Sequence record: NZ_LR134454.1
Origin: a plasmid
DNA: 64,000 nt
Direction: 5' to 3' (one strand)
Both the position numbers and the translations under genes were made by a program. Of this stretch, positions 47,026 through 56,577 are shown one piece after another. The notes below the pieces were generated by a model. The model was not told the origin of the DNA. It was given only the letters and a program-made list of their open reading frames with translations, and searched no databases. The number at the start of each line of letters is the position of its first letter. The stretch's first letter is position 1.

Positions 47026-48981
47026 GTGCCGTCGACCTTCTCCGCACCCCGAGTCAGCTTCTGGCTCGGGGTGGCGGCGTGCGCGGTCCTGTTCGGCTAC
47101 GGCGCCTGGCAGCGCCGGTGGATCGCCGACGACGGGCTCATCGTGCTGCGCACCGTCCGGAACCTGCTGGCCGGGAACGGCCCCGTCTTCAACGCGGGCG
47201 AGCGCGTCGAGGTCAACACCTCCGCCGCCTGGACGTACATCATCTGGTTCTTCTCCTGGATCAGCGGCGTGCAGACCGAGTACGTGGTGCTCACCGTCGC
47301 GCTGGTGCTGTCCGTCGCCGCGATCCCCCTCGCCATGCTCGGCACGGCCCGGCTGTACCGCGGCGGCCCGGGCTGGACGCGGCTGCGCGGTTCCGGCCTG
47401 CTGCTCCTGCCCGCCGGCGGCCTCGTCTACATGGCGCTGCCCCCGGCCCGCGACTTCGCGACGTCCGGTCTCGAGGTCTCGCTGACCATCTTCTGGGTGG
47501 CGCTGCTGTGGTACCTCGCGATCTGCTGGTCGCAGGCCGACCGCGCGCCGGTCGAGCGGCGCGAGCAGGTCCGCTACTGGATCCTCACCTGCGCGACGGC
47601 CTTCGTCGCCGGCCTCTCCTGGCTGGTGCGGCCCGAGATGGCGGTCGTCGGCGGCCTCGTGCTCATCGTCATGTTCCTCGCGCCCGTCGGGCTGAAGTTG
47701 CGGCTCGCGCTGACCGCCGCCGCGGGCCTGCTGCCCGTCGGGTACCAGATCTTCCGGATGGGCTACTACGGCCTGCCCGTGCCGAACACGGCCGTCGCCA
47801 AGGATGCCAGCGGCTCCAAGTGGGGCCAGGGCTTCACGTACCTGATGAATCTGGTCGAGCCGTACTCGTTGTGGCTGCCCGTGCTGGCGCTGGCCGTCGC
47901 GATGCCGATCATCCTGCTGCCCGCGCGCGGCGCCCGCACCCCGCTCACCGGCCGCTTCCGGCTGCCGCGCGGCGGCGTCCGCGGCCTGCGCGATCACCTG
48001 CAGCGGCCCGCGGTGATCGTCGCCGTGATGTTCCTCGGCGGCCTCATCGAGACGCTGTACTGGCTGCGCCAGGGCGGCGACTTCATGTCGGGCCGCGTGC
48101 TGCTCGCGCCGCTGTTCCTGCTGCTCCTGCCCGTCATGGTGATCCCGCTGCGGATCCCGTCGCGCCGCCCCGAGGATTCGACGGTCCGCGGCATCGCCCG
48201 GCTCGCCACCGGCACCGCCGGGGCCGCGGTCGCGGCCGTGCTGTGGGTGCTGGTGCTCGGCTGGGCGCTGCACGCCACGACGTTCCGCGGCCAGCCCGAC
48301 GGCACCGCGATCGGCACCACCGGCATCGTCGACGAGCGGGCCTTCTACTCGCTCCAGACGGGCCACGCGCACCCGCTCACCGCGGACGACTACCTCGACT
48401 ACCCGCGCATGACGTCGCTGCAGGAGATCCTGCGCGCGACCCCGCGCGGCGGCGTCTACCTGCCGTCGTTCGACTACGACTGGTGGTTCATCGATCCGCT
48501 GCCCTACCCGCGGCCGGACGACGTGCCGCTGCGGCAGACCGTCTTCTTCACCAACCTGGGCATGACCGGCATGAACCTGCCGCTCGACGTGCGCGTGTGG
48601 GACCAGATCGGCCTCGCCTGGCCGATGGCCTCGCACACCGCGCGGCTCGAGGACGGCCGCATCGGGCACGACAAGGAGATGTTCCCGGACTGGGCCGTCG
48701 CCGAGGCGAAGGCCTACCCGAAGAAGCCGGCGCTGCCGCCGTTCATCGACCCGGACTGGGTGAACCAGTCGCGCGTCGCGCTGACCTGCCCGCAGATCCA
48801 GCAGCTGCAGGACTCGTACTCCGCGCCGCTCACGTTCGACCTGTTCAAGCGGAACTTCAAGCTCTCGCTGGCGAACATGAAGCTGCGCATCGACCGGGTG
48901 CCCGAGTACACGCTGCGCATGTGCCGCCTCGACGTCCCGCCGCCGCTCACCGACGACCAGAAGTCGATGCCGAAGCCCTGA
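47026..48981 (+). CDS. aftB: terminal beta-(1->2)-arabinofuranosyltransferase AftB (GT-C)
   Basis: About 650 aa polytopic GT-C protein with a C-terminal periplasmic domain. GTG start at 47026. The position matches Rv3805c. Confidence 0.85.
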   Translation: MPSTFSAPRVSFWLGVAACAVLFGYGAWQRRWIADDGLIVLRTVRNLLAGNGPVFNAGERVEVNTSAAWTYIIWFFSWISGVQTEYVVLTVALVLSVAAIPLAMLGTARLYRGGPGWTRLRGSGLLLLPAGGLVYMALPPARDFATSGLEVSLTIFWVALLWYLAICWSQADRAPVERREQVRYWILTCATAFVAGLSWLVRPEMAVVGGLVLIVMFLAPVGLKLRLALTAAAGLLPVGYQIFRMGYYGLPVPNTAVAKDASGSKWGQGFTYLMNLVEPYSLWLPVLALAVAMPIILLPARGARTPLTGRFRLPRGGVRGLRDHLQRPAVIVAVMFLGGLIETLYWLRQGGDFMSGRVLLAPLFLLLLPVMVIPLRIPSRRPEDSTVRGIARLATGTAGAAVAAVLWVLVLGWALHATTFRGQPDGTAIGTTGIVDERAFYSLQTGHAHPLTADDYLDYPRMTSLQEILRATPRGGVYLPSFDYDWWFIDPLPYPRPDDVPLRQTVFFTNLGMTGMNLPLDVRVWDQIGLAWPMASHTARLEDGRIGHDKEMFPDWAVAEAKAYPKKPALPPFIDPDWVNQSRVALTCPQIQQLQDSYSAPLTFDLFKRNFKLSLANMKLRIDRVPEYTLRMCRLDVPPPLTDDQKSMPKP

Positions 48982-50375
48982 TGGACCTCGGCGGAGCGTT
49001 GCGGGCGATCGCGGACTGCTCCGTGCTCGACGACGCGGACGCGGTCGCCGGGTACGTCGTCGACTGGACCGGCCGGTGGCGCGGCGGGCCCGCGATCGTG
49101 GCGCGCCCGCGGACCGTCGAGGCGGTGGCGCGGGTCGTGCGGGCGTGTGCCGCCGCGGGCGTCCCGGTGGTGCCGCAGGGCGGCAACACGGGCCTCGTCG
49201 CCGGCGCGGTGCCGCCCGCCGGCGCGGTGGTGCTCTCTCTGACCGGTCTCGACGCGATCGGGGAGGTCGCCGACGGTGCCGTCGTCGCGGGCGCCGGCGT
49301 CACCCTCGCCGCGCTGGAGTCCTTCGCCGCCGCGCGCGGCCTGACCTGCGGGCTCTCGCTCGCGTCGGGGGAGTCCGCGACCGTCGGCGGCGCGGCCGCC
49401 ACGAACGCCGGGGGAGCGGAGGTGCTCCGCTACGGCACGGCGCGCGCCCGCATCGCCGGGCTCCGCGCCGTCCTGCCCGACGGTGCCGTCCTCGACCGCC
49501 GCCGCCCGCCGCCGAAGGACAACACGGGCTACGACCTCGTCGGCCAGCTCGTCGGGTCGGAGGGCACCCTCGCCGTCCTCACCGACGTCACCTGGCGCCT
49601 CGATCCCGCGCCGTGCGCGCGGACCGTCGTCGCGCTGGCCTTCCCGTCCGTGCCCGACGCCGTCGGCGCGGTGCCGGCGTTGCGGGGCTTGCCCGGGCTC
49701 CTCGCGCTGGAGTGGTCCGACGGTGCCGCCGTCGCCCGGGTCGCCGCGCACCTCGACGCCCCCGCGCCCCTGCCGACGGACGGCTGCTGGGTGTTCGCCG
49801 AGCTCGACGCGCCGCTGTCGGACGCCGCCGCGCTCGCGGAGCTGCTGCCCGACGACCGGATCGCCGTCGCCGAGGCCGAGGACCGCGCGCGGCTGTGGCG
49901 CTTCCGGGCCCGCACCACCGAGGCCGTCAACGCCGCGGGCGTCCCGGTGAAGCTCGACGTGGGCGTGCCGCTCGCGGGGTTCGCGGCGGCGCTGGAGGCG
50001 ATCTCCGGCGCCGTCCGGGACGCCGGCGACGCCGCCGCGGTCGCGGTGGAGCCGGTGCTCTTCGGGCACCTCGCCGAGGGGAACGTGCACGTCAACCTGC
50101 TGCCCGGCCCGTCGGTGCCGGACCGGCGGTTCCCGGAGGAGCTCGCCGCGCGGTTGGAGGCGGCGGTGCTGGAGCGGGTGCTGGCCGCCGGCGGCACCAT
50201 CAGCGCCGAGCACGGCATCGGCCGGGCCAAGCGGGCCTGGCTCCCACGGCAGCGCGGCGCCGAGCAGGTCGCGCTCATGCGCCGGATCAAGGCCGCGTGG
50301 GATCCGGCGGGCCTGCTCAATCCCGGCGCCCTGGTCGACGGGGCCGCATCCGGAGAAAACGGACGTTTGCAATAG
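48981..50375 (+). CDS. FAD-linked oxidase (GlcD/D-lactate dehydrogenase-like FAD-binding oxidoreductase)
   Basis: FAD_binding_4 pattern (VVPQGGNTGLVAGAV). C-terminal FAD-oxidase_C. ATG overlaps the aftB stop by 1 nt. Confidence 0.8.
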   Translation: MDLGGALRAIADCSVLDDADAVAGYVVDWTGRWRGGPAIVARPRTVEAVARVVRACAAAGVPVVPQGGNTGLVAGAVPPAGAVVLSLTGLDAIGEVADGAVVAGAGVTLAALESFAAARGLTCGLSLASGESATVGGAAATNAGGAEVLRYGTARARIAGLRAVLPDGAVLDRRRPPPKDNTGYDLVGQLVGSEGTLAVLTDVTWRLDPAPCARTVVALAFPSVPDAVGAVPALRGLPGLLALEWSDGAAVARVAAHLDAPAPLPTDGCWVFAELDAPLSDAAALAELLPDDRIAVAEAEDRARLWRFRARTTEAVNAAGVPVKLDVGVPLAGFAAALEAISGAVRDAGDAAAVAVEPVLFGHLAEGNVHVNLLPGPSVPDRRFPEELAARLEAAVLERVLAAGGTISAEHGIGRAKRAWLPRQRGAEQVALMRRIKAAWDPAGLLNPGALVDGAASGENGRLQ

Positions 50376-50453
50376 TCTGCGTCGCGGCTCCGCGCGGCGT
50401 ACATTGGCGCCTTGCCATCGCAACAGGTCGATGTCGACGATCGGAGAGAAGAG

Positions 50454-51416
50454 ATGCCCGCGCCTCTGCACCCCCGTGAGCACGACCGCGTCGCGGCGGT
50501 GAAGTCGCTGCGGATCATGGACTCGAAGCCGGTGCCGGACCTGGAGCGGATCGCCGAGCTCTCCGCCGTCCTGTGCGGTGTCCCGTTCGGTTCCGTGAAC
50601 ATCATCGACTTCGACCGGCACTACACGGCGGCCTCCTTCGGCGCTCCGCGGATCCACGCCTCGCGGGCGGATTCGCTGTGCGCCCTCGCGGTGGCGGACG
50701 ACAAGGTCGTGTACGCGCCCGACGCGAAGGTGGACGCGCGCTTCCAGGGGCTGAAGTTCCTCGACCTCGCCGACCCGCCCATCCACCTGTTCGCCGCGGC
50801 GCCGATCTGCACCAGCGACCGGCTCCCCGTCGGCACCGTGCGGATCTACGGCTCCGAGCCGCGGGAGCTGAGCGAGCGCCAGCTCCACGGGCTGGAGGAC
50901 CTGGCGGACCTGGCGATGAGCGTTCTGGAGCTGCGCGCGGCGGCGCGCACCCTGCACAGCACCGCCACGACCGACGCGATCACCCGGCTGCCGAACCGGC
51001 ACGCCCTGGAGCTCGTGCTCGCCGACGAGGCGGCCGCGCCGATCACCGTGGCGGCCTACGCCGACCTGGACCGGTTCAAGCGGTTCAACGACGGGCTGGG
51101 GCACGGCGCCGGCGACGAGGTGCTGCGCGGCGTCGCCCGCCGCATCGACTCCGCGATGGGGCCGGACGACGAGGTCTACCGCGTCGGCGGCGACGAGTTC
51201 GTCGTCCTCGCGCGGGGCGCGGACGCCACCCCGGACGAGCTGGTGGAGCGGCTGGGTGCCGCGATCGGGCGCGCGCCGATCGCGGTCGACGGTGCTGACG
51301 TCGCCGTCAGCGCGACGGTGGGCGCGGTCTTCGTGTCCGAGCACGCCTCGGCCGGTGACGCGATCGCCGCGGCGGACGCCGCGATGTACCGGGCGAAGGA
51401 GAGCTCGCGGGCCTGA
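50454..51416 (+). CDS. GAF-domain diguanylate cyclase (GGDEF)
   Basis: GGDEF motif RVGGDEFVV and the preceding RxxD-like region. N-terminal GAF-like domain. RBS GGAGAG before ATG 50454. Confidence 0.75.
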   Translation: MPAPLHPREHDRVAAVKSLRIMDSKPVPDLERIAELSAVLCGVPFGSVNIIDFDRHYTAASFGAPRIHASRADSLCALAVADDKVVYAPDAKVDARFQGLKFLDLADPPIHLFAAAPICTSDRLPVGTVRIYGSEPRELSERQLHGLEDLADLAMSVLELRAAARTLHSTATTDAITRLPNRHALELVLADEAAAPITVAAYADLDRFKRFNDGLGHGAGDEVLRGVARRIDSAMGPDDEVYRVGGDEFVVLARGADATPDELVERLGAAIGRAPIAVDGADVAVSATVGAVFVSEHASAGDAIAAADAAMYRAKESSRA

Positions 51417-51418
51417 TC

Positions 51419-52309
51419 TCAGAGCCGGTGGCGGTCCAGGAAGTCCTCGATGGCGGCGGCGAAGACCTGGTTGTCGTCGCCGGCCACCATGTGCCCCGCG
51501 CCGCTGACGTCGGCGACCTCGGCGTGCGGCACTCGCTGCAGCATCTTCTCCACGCCCTCGTCGCTGACCACGTCGGACTTGCCGCCGCGCACGATGAGGG
51601 TGGGGACGGTGACGTGCGTGGCCGCGGCGCCCAGCCGGTCCTTGTCCTGGATGCGGGCCTCGTTCCGGTCGTCGCCGCGGATGAACGACGGGTCCCAGTG
51701 CCAGTACCAGCGGCCGTCGGCGCGCAGCCGCACGTTCTTCTTCAGGCCCTCGAGGTTGCGGGCGCGGCGGCGGGTGGGGTTGTAGGCGGCCACGGCGTCG
51801 GCGACCTCGTCGAGCGTGGCGAAGCCGTCGGTGTGCGCCGCGAGGAAATCGGTGACCCGCTCGATGCCCTTCTTCTCGGCGTCGACGACGACGTCCACGA
51901 GCACCAGTGCGGACGCGATGCCGGGGTTCTCGCCGACGGCGCACAGGCTCGTGATGCCGCCGAGGGAGGCGCCGATCAGCACGGGCGGCGGACCGTCGAG
52001 CGTGCGCAGCACGCCCAGGAGGTCCCCGACGAAGTCGCCCAGCGCGTAGGCGCCGTCGGCGGCCCACGCGGTGTCGCCGTGGCCGCGGGCGTCGAGCGTG
52101 ATCACCGTGTACCCGCGCTGCGCGAGCGCCGCGGCGGTGCGGTCCCAGGAGTGCCGCGTCTGGCCGCCGCCGTGCAGCAGCACGAGCGTGGTCCCGGAGC
52201 CGGAGCCGGAGCCGGAGCCGGAGTCCGCGCCGCGCCAGCGGTCGCCCGCGATCGTCAGGCCGGCCGCGTCGACGGTGAACGGCTCCTCGGACGGGTACAT
52301 TTCGGTCAT
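51419..52309 (-). CDS. alpha/beta-fold hydrolase
   Basis: GxSxG nucleophile elbow (GASLGG) and HGGGQ oxyanion region. Contains an unusual DSGSGSGSGSG insertion. Confidence 0.85.
   Translation of the reverse strand: MTEMYPSEEPFTVDAAGLTIAGDRWRGADSGSGSGSGSGTTLVLLHGGGQTRHSWDRTAAALAQRGYTVITLDARGHGDTAWAADGAYALGDFVGDLLGVLRTLDGPPPVLIGASLGGITSLCAVGENPGIASALVLVDVVVDAEKKGIERVTDFLAAHTDGFATLDEVADAVAAYNPTRRRARNLEGLKKNVRLRADGRWYWHWDPSFIRGDDRNEARIQDKDRLGAAATHVTVPTLIVRGGKSDVVSDEGVEKMLQRVPHAEVADVSGAGHMVAGDDNQVFAAAIEDFLDRHRL
52193..52225. repeat. hexanucleotide microsatellite (GGAGCC)n, about 5 units, in-frame within the hydrolase gene (encodes SGSGSGSGSG)
   Basis: Seen in the sequence as ggagccggagccggagccggagccggag. 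Confidence 0.8.
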
Positions 52310-52403
52310 CGAACAGTCCTATCACGCGCCGACGCCACGGTGACCCCGGCCACCCTCCGCGCGGCACCCGGACCCGAAATCACACCCGTGTAACACTGGT
52401 CCC

Positions 52404-54035
52404 ATGTCATCGCTGGGCCGAATCGGAACGTTGCTCGTGGCCGGGGCCGTGGCGGCGGGGACCGTCGTGGCGGCACCGTCGGCCCTGAACCCCGCACCCG
52501 CGCACGCCGACCCGGCCCCCGCGAAGTCCCGGATCACCGAGGCGCAGTGGCAGGGCGATCACCAGGTGGACCTCACCGTCTACTCCGCGGCGATGAACGA
52601 CACGATCAAGATCCAGCTGCTCCTCGCGCGCGACTGGCACGCCGACCCCAAGGCGAAGTTCCCCACGCTGTACCTGCTCGACGGGATGCGGGCGCGCGAG
52701 GACCGCAACGGCTGGCTGCTGGAGACGAACGTCGCCGACTTCTACCGCGACAAGAACGTCACCGTCGTGCTGCCCGTCGGCGGCCAGTCCAGCTGGTACA
52801 CCGACTGGAAGCGCCCCGACAACGGCAAGAACTACCAGTGGGAGACCTTCCTCGCGAAGGAACTCCCGCCCCTGCTGCAGCAGGGCTGGCGCGCCACCGA
52901 CGCGCGCGCCGCGGCCGGCGTCTCCATGGGCGGTACCGCGGCCTTCACGCTGGCCGCCCGCAACAAGGGCCTGTACCGGTTCGCCGGCTCCTACTCGGGC
53001 ATCCTCTCCACCAGCACCCCCGGCACACCCGAGTCGATCGGCATCGCCATGCGCGACGCGGGCGGCTTCAACGCCGACGCCATGTACGGCCCGCCCACGG
53101 ATCCCGCCTGGGCGCAGCACGATCCGCTCAAGCTGGCGGAGAAGCTGCGCGGCATCAGCCTGTACTTCAGCTCCGGCAACGGCTCCGGTGGCACCGGCGC
53201 GCCGACGGATCTGCAGGCCATGGCCCTCGAGGTGCTCGCCCGCTCGTCCAACCAGGCCTTCGCCATCGAGCTGAACCGGCTCGGGATCCCCGCGAACGCG
53301 CTCTACCGGCCGTCGGGCAACCACAGCTGGCCGTACTGGCAGTTCGAGAACGGGCAGGCCTGGCCGCAGGTGCAGTCGGCGCTCGGCGTCGGCAACCCGA
53401 AGCCGTGCGGGGTCGCCGGCGCGATCGGTGAGGCCGCGCCCAAGGTCCCGAGCCTGGGCTCGTGCGTCACCGTCGAGTACGCCGTGCCCGGCGGCCGCGC
53501 CCAGGACTTCCGCGGTGGCCAGGTCTTCTGGTCGGCGGACACTGGCGCGCAGGTCGTCGGCGGCGCCATCGGCGGCGCCTACCTCGGGACGGGCGGCCCC
53601 GGCGGCCCGCTCGGCCACCCGACGGGGCCCGAGCAGGCCCTCCCCGACAAGAAGGGCCGCTACCAGCAGTTCCAGCACGGCACCGTGTACTGGAGTCCGC
53701 AGACCGGTGCCCGCGCCGTGCGTGGCGCGATCCGCGACAAGTACGCCGCCCTGAACTACGAGCGGTCCGCGCTCGGCCTGCCCCTGGGCGACGAGACCAA
53801 GCTCGCCGGCGGCGCGTTCCAGCGTTTCCAGGGCGGGCAGGTCTACTGGTCGCCGAAGACCCCCGCGACCGTGGTGAACAACGGGCCGATCTTCGCCGAG
53901 TGGGGGCGCCAGGGCTACGAGGGCGGCCGCCTCGGCTACCCGGTCGCCGACTCCACGCCCATCCCCGGCGGCTTCGAGCAGCGCTTCGAGCGCGGAGTGA
54001 TCGCCCTGGTCAACGGTGTTGCCACCGCACGCTGA
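52404..54035 (+). CDS. mycolyltransferase (antigen 85 / Fbp / corynomycolyltransferase family) with three C-terminal LGFP repeats
   Basis: Esterase-D fold with GVSMGG nucleophile. The C-terminal repeats LGHPTGPEQAL…, LGLPLGDETKLAGGAFQRFQGGQVYWS…, LGYPVADSTPIPGGFEQRFERG are LGFP-type, as in C. glutamicum PS1. Confidence 0.9.
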   Translation: MSSLGRIGTLLVAGAVAAGTVVAAPSALNPAPAHADPAPAKSRITEAQWQGDHQVDLTVYSAAMNDTIKIQLLLARDWHADPKAKFPTLYLLDGMRAREDRNGWLLETNVADFYRDKNVTVVLPVGGQSSWYTDWKRPDNGKNYQWETFLAKELPPLLQQGWRATDARAAAGVSMGGTAAFTLAARNKGLYRFAGSYSGILSTSTPGTPESIGIAMRDAGGFNADAMYGPPTDPAWAQHDPLKLAEKLRGISLYFSSGNGSGGTGAPTDLQAMALEVLARSSNQAFAIELNRLGIPANALYRPSGNHSWPYWQFENGQAWPQVQSALGVGNPKPCGVAGAIGEAAPKVPSLGSCVTVEYAVPGGRAQDFRGGQVFWSADTGAQVVGGAIGGAYLGTGGPGGPLGHPTGPEQALPDKKGRYQQFQHGTVYWSPQTGARAVRGAIRDKYAALNYERSALGLPLGDETKLAGGAFQRFQGGQVYWSPKTPATVVNNGPIFAEWGRQGYEGGRLGYPVADSTPIPGGFEQRFERGVIALVNGVATAR

Positions 54036-54115
54036 CGCCCGGCCGAGGGTTGCGCTTCGGCGCTGCCGGTAGCCTGGCACCGTTGCGTTCCGGACGTACT
54101 TCAAGGAGAGAAGAC

Positions 54116-54568
54116 ATGGCTGGACTTCGGGGAGCCCTCGCGGCCGCAGTGATGACGGGCGGCGTGCTGCTCGGTGCCGTCGCGTGCGGCGGCAGTTCGA
54201 CGGTCGAGGCGCCCACCACGCCGGTGGAGGGCGAGCCCACGTCGCTGCCCGCGTCGCTGCCCGCGACCGCCCCCGGCTCGGCCACGGCACCGTCGGGCTA
54301 CCCGGGCGCGAGCTCCGCCGCGAACCCGGCCCTGACCCAGAAGGACAAGGCGTTCATCGCGAAGGTCCGCGAGGACGGCGTGAAGGCCCCCGACGACGTG
54401 GTGATCAACGCCGCGCAGTTCGCGTGCGAGTACGACAAGTCGGGCCGCGACGCCAAGAACCTCGAGCCCTTCGTGGTCGGCATCCTCGGCCCGTACGACG
54501 GCGACGCCGCCTCCGGGAACGCGAAGAAGTTCATCGCCGAGGCGCGGGCCTCCTACTGCAAGAAGTGA
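54116..54568 (+). CDS. DUF732-like secreted lipoprotein
   Basis: RBS AAGGAGAG. Signal peptide with lipobox LLGAVACGG. C-terminal Cys pair (FACEYDKSG…SYCKK). Confidence 0.7.
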   Translation: MAGLRGALAAAVMTGGVLLGAVACGGSSTVEAPTTPVEGEPTSLPASLPATAPGSATAPSGYPGASSAANPALTQKDKAFIAKVREDGVKAPDDVVINAAQFACEYDKSGRDAKNLEPFVVGILGPYDGDAASGNAKKFIAEARASYCKK

Positions 54569-54572
54569 TCCC

Positions 54573-55583
54573 GTGACGCATCAGGAGCCCGGAAAGCCGG
54601 GCGGCGGACGCAGGTTCTCGCCGGTGACGATCATCGTCGGCGTCGTCGTGATCGTCGCGCTGGTCCTGCTGGCGATCCTGGTGGGCACGTGGCTGCGGCC
54701 CGGCCCGGAGCTGCCGCCCGTCTCGCCGGACGGCTCGTCGTCGAGCCCGTCGGCCACCGCGGCGCGGCCGACCTCCCAGCCCGCGGACTGCCCGGACGTG
54801 CAGGTGATCTCGGTGCCCGGCACGCTGGAGTCGTCGTCGAAGGACGACCCGTACCGGCCGACGTTCAACCCGAACTCGCTGATGCTCAAGATCACCGCGC
54901 CGCTGGCCGCGGCGCTGCCCGATGCCCGCGCCGACATCTGGACCACCCCGTACGTCGCGCAACTGTCGAACCCCGTCGCCATCCCGCCGGACGGGCAGGC
55001 CTCCTACGAGACGTCGCGCACCGAGGGCTACGACAAGTCGGTCGCGCAGATGAAGAAGGTCTACGACAAGTGCAAGCTCACCGGCTTCGTGCTGATGGGC
55101 TTCTCGCAGGGCGCCGTGATCGCGGGCGACATCGCCGGCGAGATCGGCGCAGGCAAGGGCGTCGTTCCCGCGGAGAACATCCTCGGCGTGGGCCTCATCT
55201 CCGACGGCCGGCGCGAGCCCGGCGACGCGCGGACCGCGGGCCCGAACCCGCCCGGCGTCGGCGTCGAGGTCGCGTACGGCGGCTTCAGCTTCGGCAGCCT
55301 GTCGCTGCGCGGCAAGCGCGAGGGCGGCTTCGGCGCGGTCAAGGACCGCACCGTCTCCCTGTGCGGCAACAAGGACCCGATCTGCAACCAGCCCAAGGAC
55401 ATCTTCCAGGCCGGGAACATCGCCACGACGCTGCCCGAGCTGCAGAAGGTGCTCACCGGCAACTCGCACGCGCTGTACGCCACGACCACGGACTGGTCGT
55501 CGAACGGGCAGACGGCCACGCAGTGGCTGCAGGCCTGGGCGCGCGGCGTGATCGACAAGGCGCCTAAGCCTCCCCACAGCTAG
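54573..55583 (+). CDS. cutinase-family membrane-anchored esterase (Culp6/Rv3802c-like)
   Basis: N-terminal TM anchor. Cutinase serine motif GFSQGA. Conserved Cys pairs. The position between fbp and fadD32 matches M. tuberculosis Rv3802c. Confidence 0.85.
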   Translation: MTHQEPGKPGGGRRFSPVTIIVGVVVIVALVLLAILVGTWLRPGPELPPVSPDGSSSSPSATAARPTSQPADCPDVQVISVPGTLESSSKDDPYRPTFNPNSLMLKITAPLAAALPDARADIWTTPYVAQLSNPVAIPPDGQASYETSRTEGYDKSVAQMKKVYDKCKLTGFVLMGFSQGAVIAGDIAGEIGAGKGVVPAENILGVGLISDGRREPGDARTAGPNPPGVGVEVAYGGFSFGSLSLRGKREGGFGAVKDRTVSLCGNKDPICNQPKDIFQAGNIATTLPELQKVLTGNSHALYATTTDWSSNGQTATQWLQAWARGVIDKAPKPPHS

Positions 55584-55602
55584 CCCTGGTATCCACGTAG
55601 GA

Positions 55603-56556
55603 ATGGCAGGCACGAAGAGTCAGGGAGCGCGGAAGGCCGGGCGCGTGTTCGGCATCGCCGTCATCATCGCGGCGATCATCGCGATCATCGTCGTGATCAC
55701 GCTCATCATCACGATGATCCGCAAGCCGGAGATCACCCCGCCCGGGCCGCCGACGGGGCCGCAGGCCGCGGACTGCCCCGACGTCCAGCTGATCTCCTTC
55801 CCGGGCACCTGGGAGTCCTCGGCGACCGACTCGACCGATGCGCCGAAGTTCAACCCGCGCTCGCTGATGCTGCAGGTGACGAACCCGCTGGACAAGCGGT
55901 ACACCGACGCCCGCGCCGACATCTGGACGGTGAACTACGCGGCCCAGTTCCACAACCCGGTCGCGGTGCCGCCGGACGGCCAGATGACCTACCAGGCGTC
56001 GCGGCAGCAGGGCACCGACCGCGCGATCGCCAAGATCACCGCGGTCAAGGACAAGTGCCCCCGCACCGGCTTCGTGCTCGTCGGCTTCTCGCAGGGCGCG
56101 ACGATCGCCGGCAACATCGCCGCCCAGATCGGCGCGGGCAAGGGCCCGATCGCCGCCGAGCGCCTGCTCGGCGTGGGCCTGATCTCCGACAGCCGCCGCG
56201 TCCAGGGCCAGGGCAAGGCCATCGGCCCGGACCCGGCGGGCGAGGGCGTCGAGGTCACGTTCGCCGGCTTCAGCTTCTCGGGCGTCGACCTGCAGGGCAA
56301 GCGCGACGGCGGCTTCGGCTCCGTGAACGACAGGGTCGTCACGATCTGCGGCTCCAACGACCCCATCTGCAACCAGCCCAAGGGCGGGCTCCTGGGCCTG
56401 GCCACCGGCCTGCCGCAGGTGATCTCCACCATCACGCAGAACTCGCACGCCGCCTACGGCACCACCGCGAACTGGTCGCTCGAGGGCAAGACCGCCACGC
56501 AGTGGCTCACCGGCTGGGCTACCGGCGTCATCGACCGGGCGCCGAAGACGAAGTAG
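55603..56556 (+). CDS. cutinase-family membrane-anchored esterase (tandem paralogue)
   Basis: Same architecture and GFSQGA motif. It aligns residue-for-residue with the upstream paralogue. Confidence 0.85.
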   Translation: MAGTKSQGARKAGRVFGIAVIIAAIIAIIVVITLIITMIRKPEITPPGPPTGPQAADCPDVQLISFPGTWESSATDSTDAPKFNPRSLMLQVTNPLDKRYTDARADIWTVNYAAQFHNPVAVPPDGQMTYQASRQQGTDRAIAKITAVKDKCPRTGFVLVGFSQGATIAGNIAAQIGAGKGPIAAERLLGVGLISDSRRVQGQGKAIGPDPAGEGVEVTFAGFSFSGVDLQGKRDGGFGSVNDRVVTICGSNDPICNQPKGGLLGLATGLPQVISTITQNSHAAYGTTANWSLEGKTATQWLTGWATGVIDRAPKTK

Positions 56557-56577
56557 GGGCCGCGCGGGGCCGTCGCG

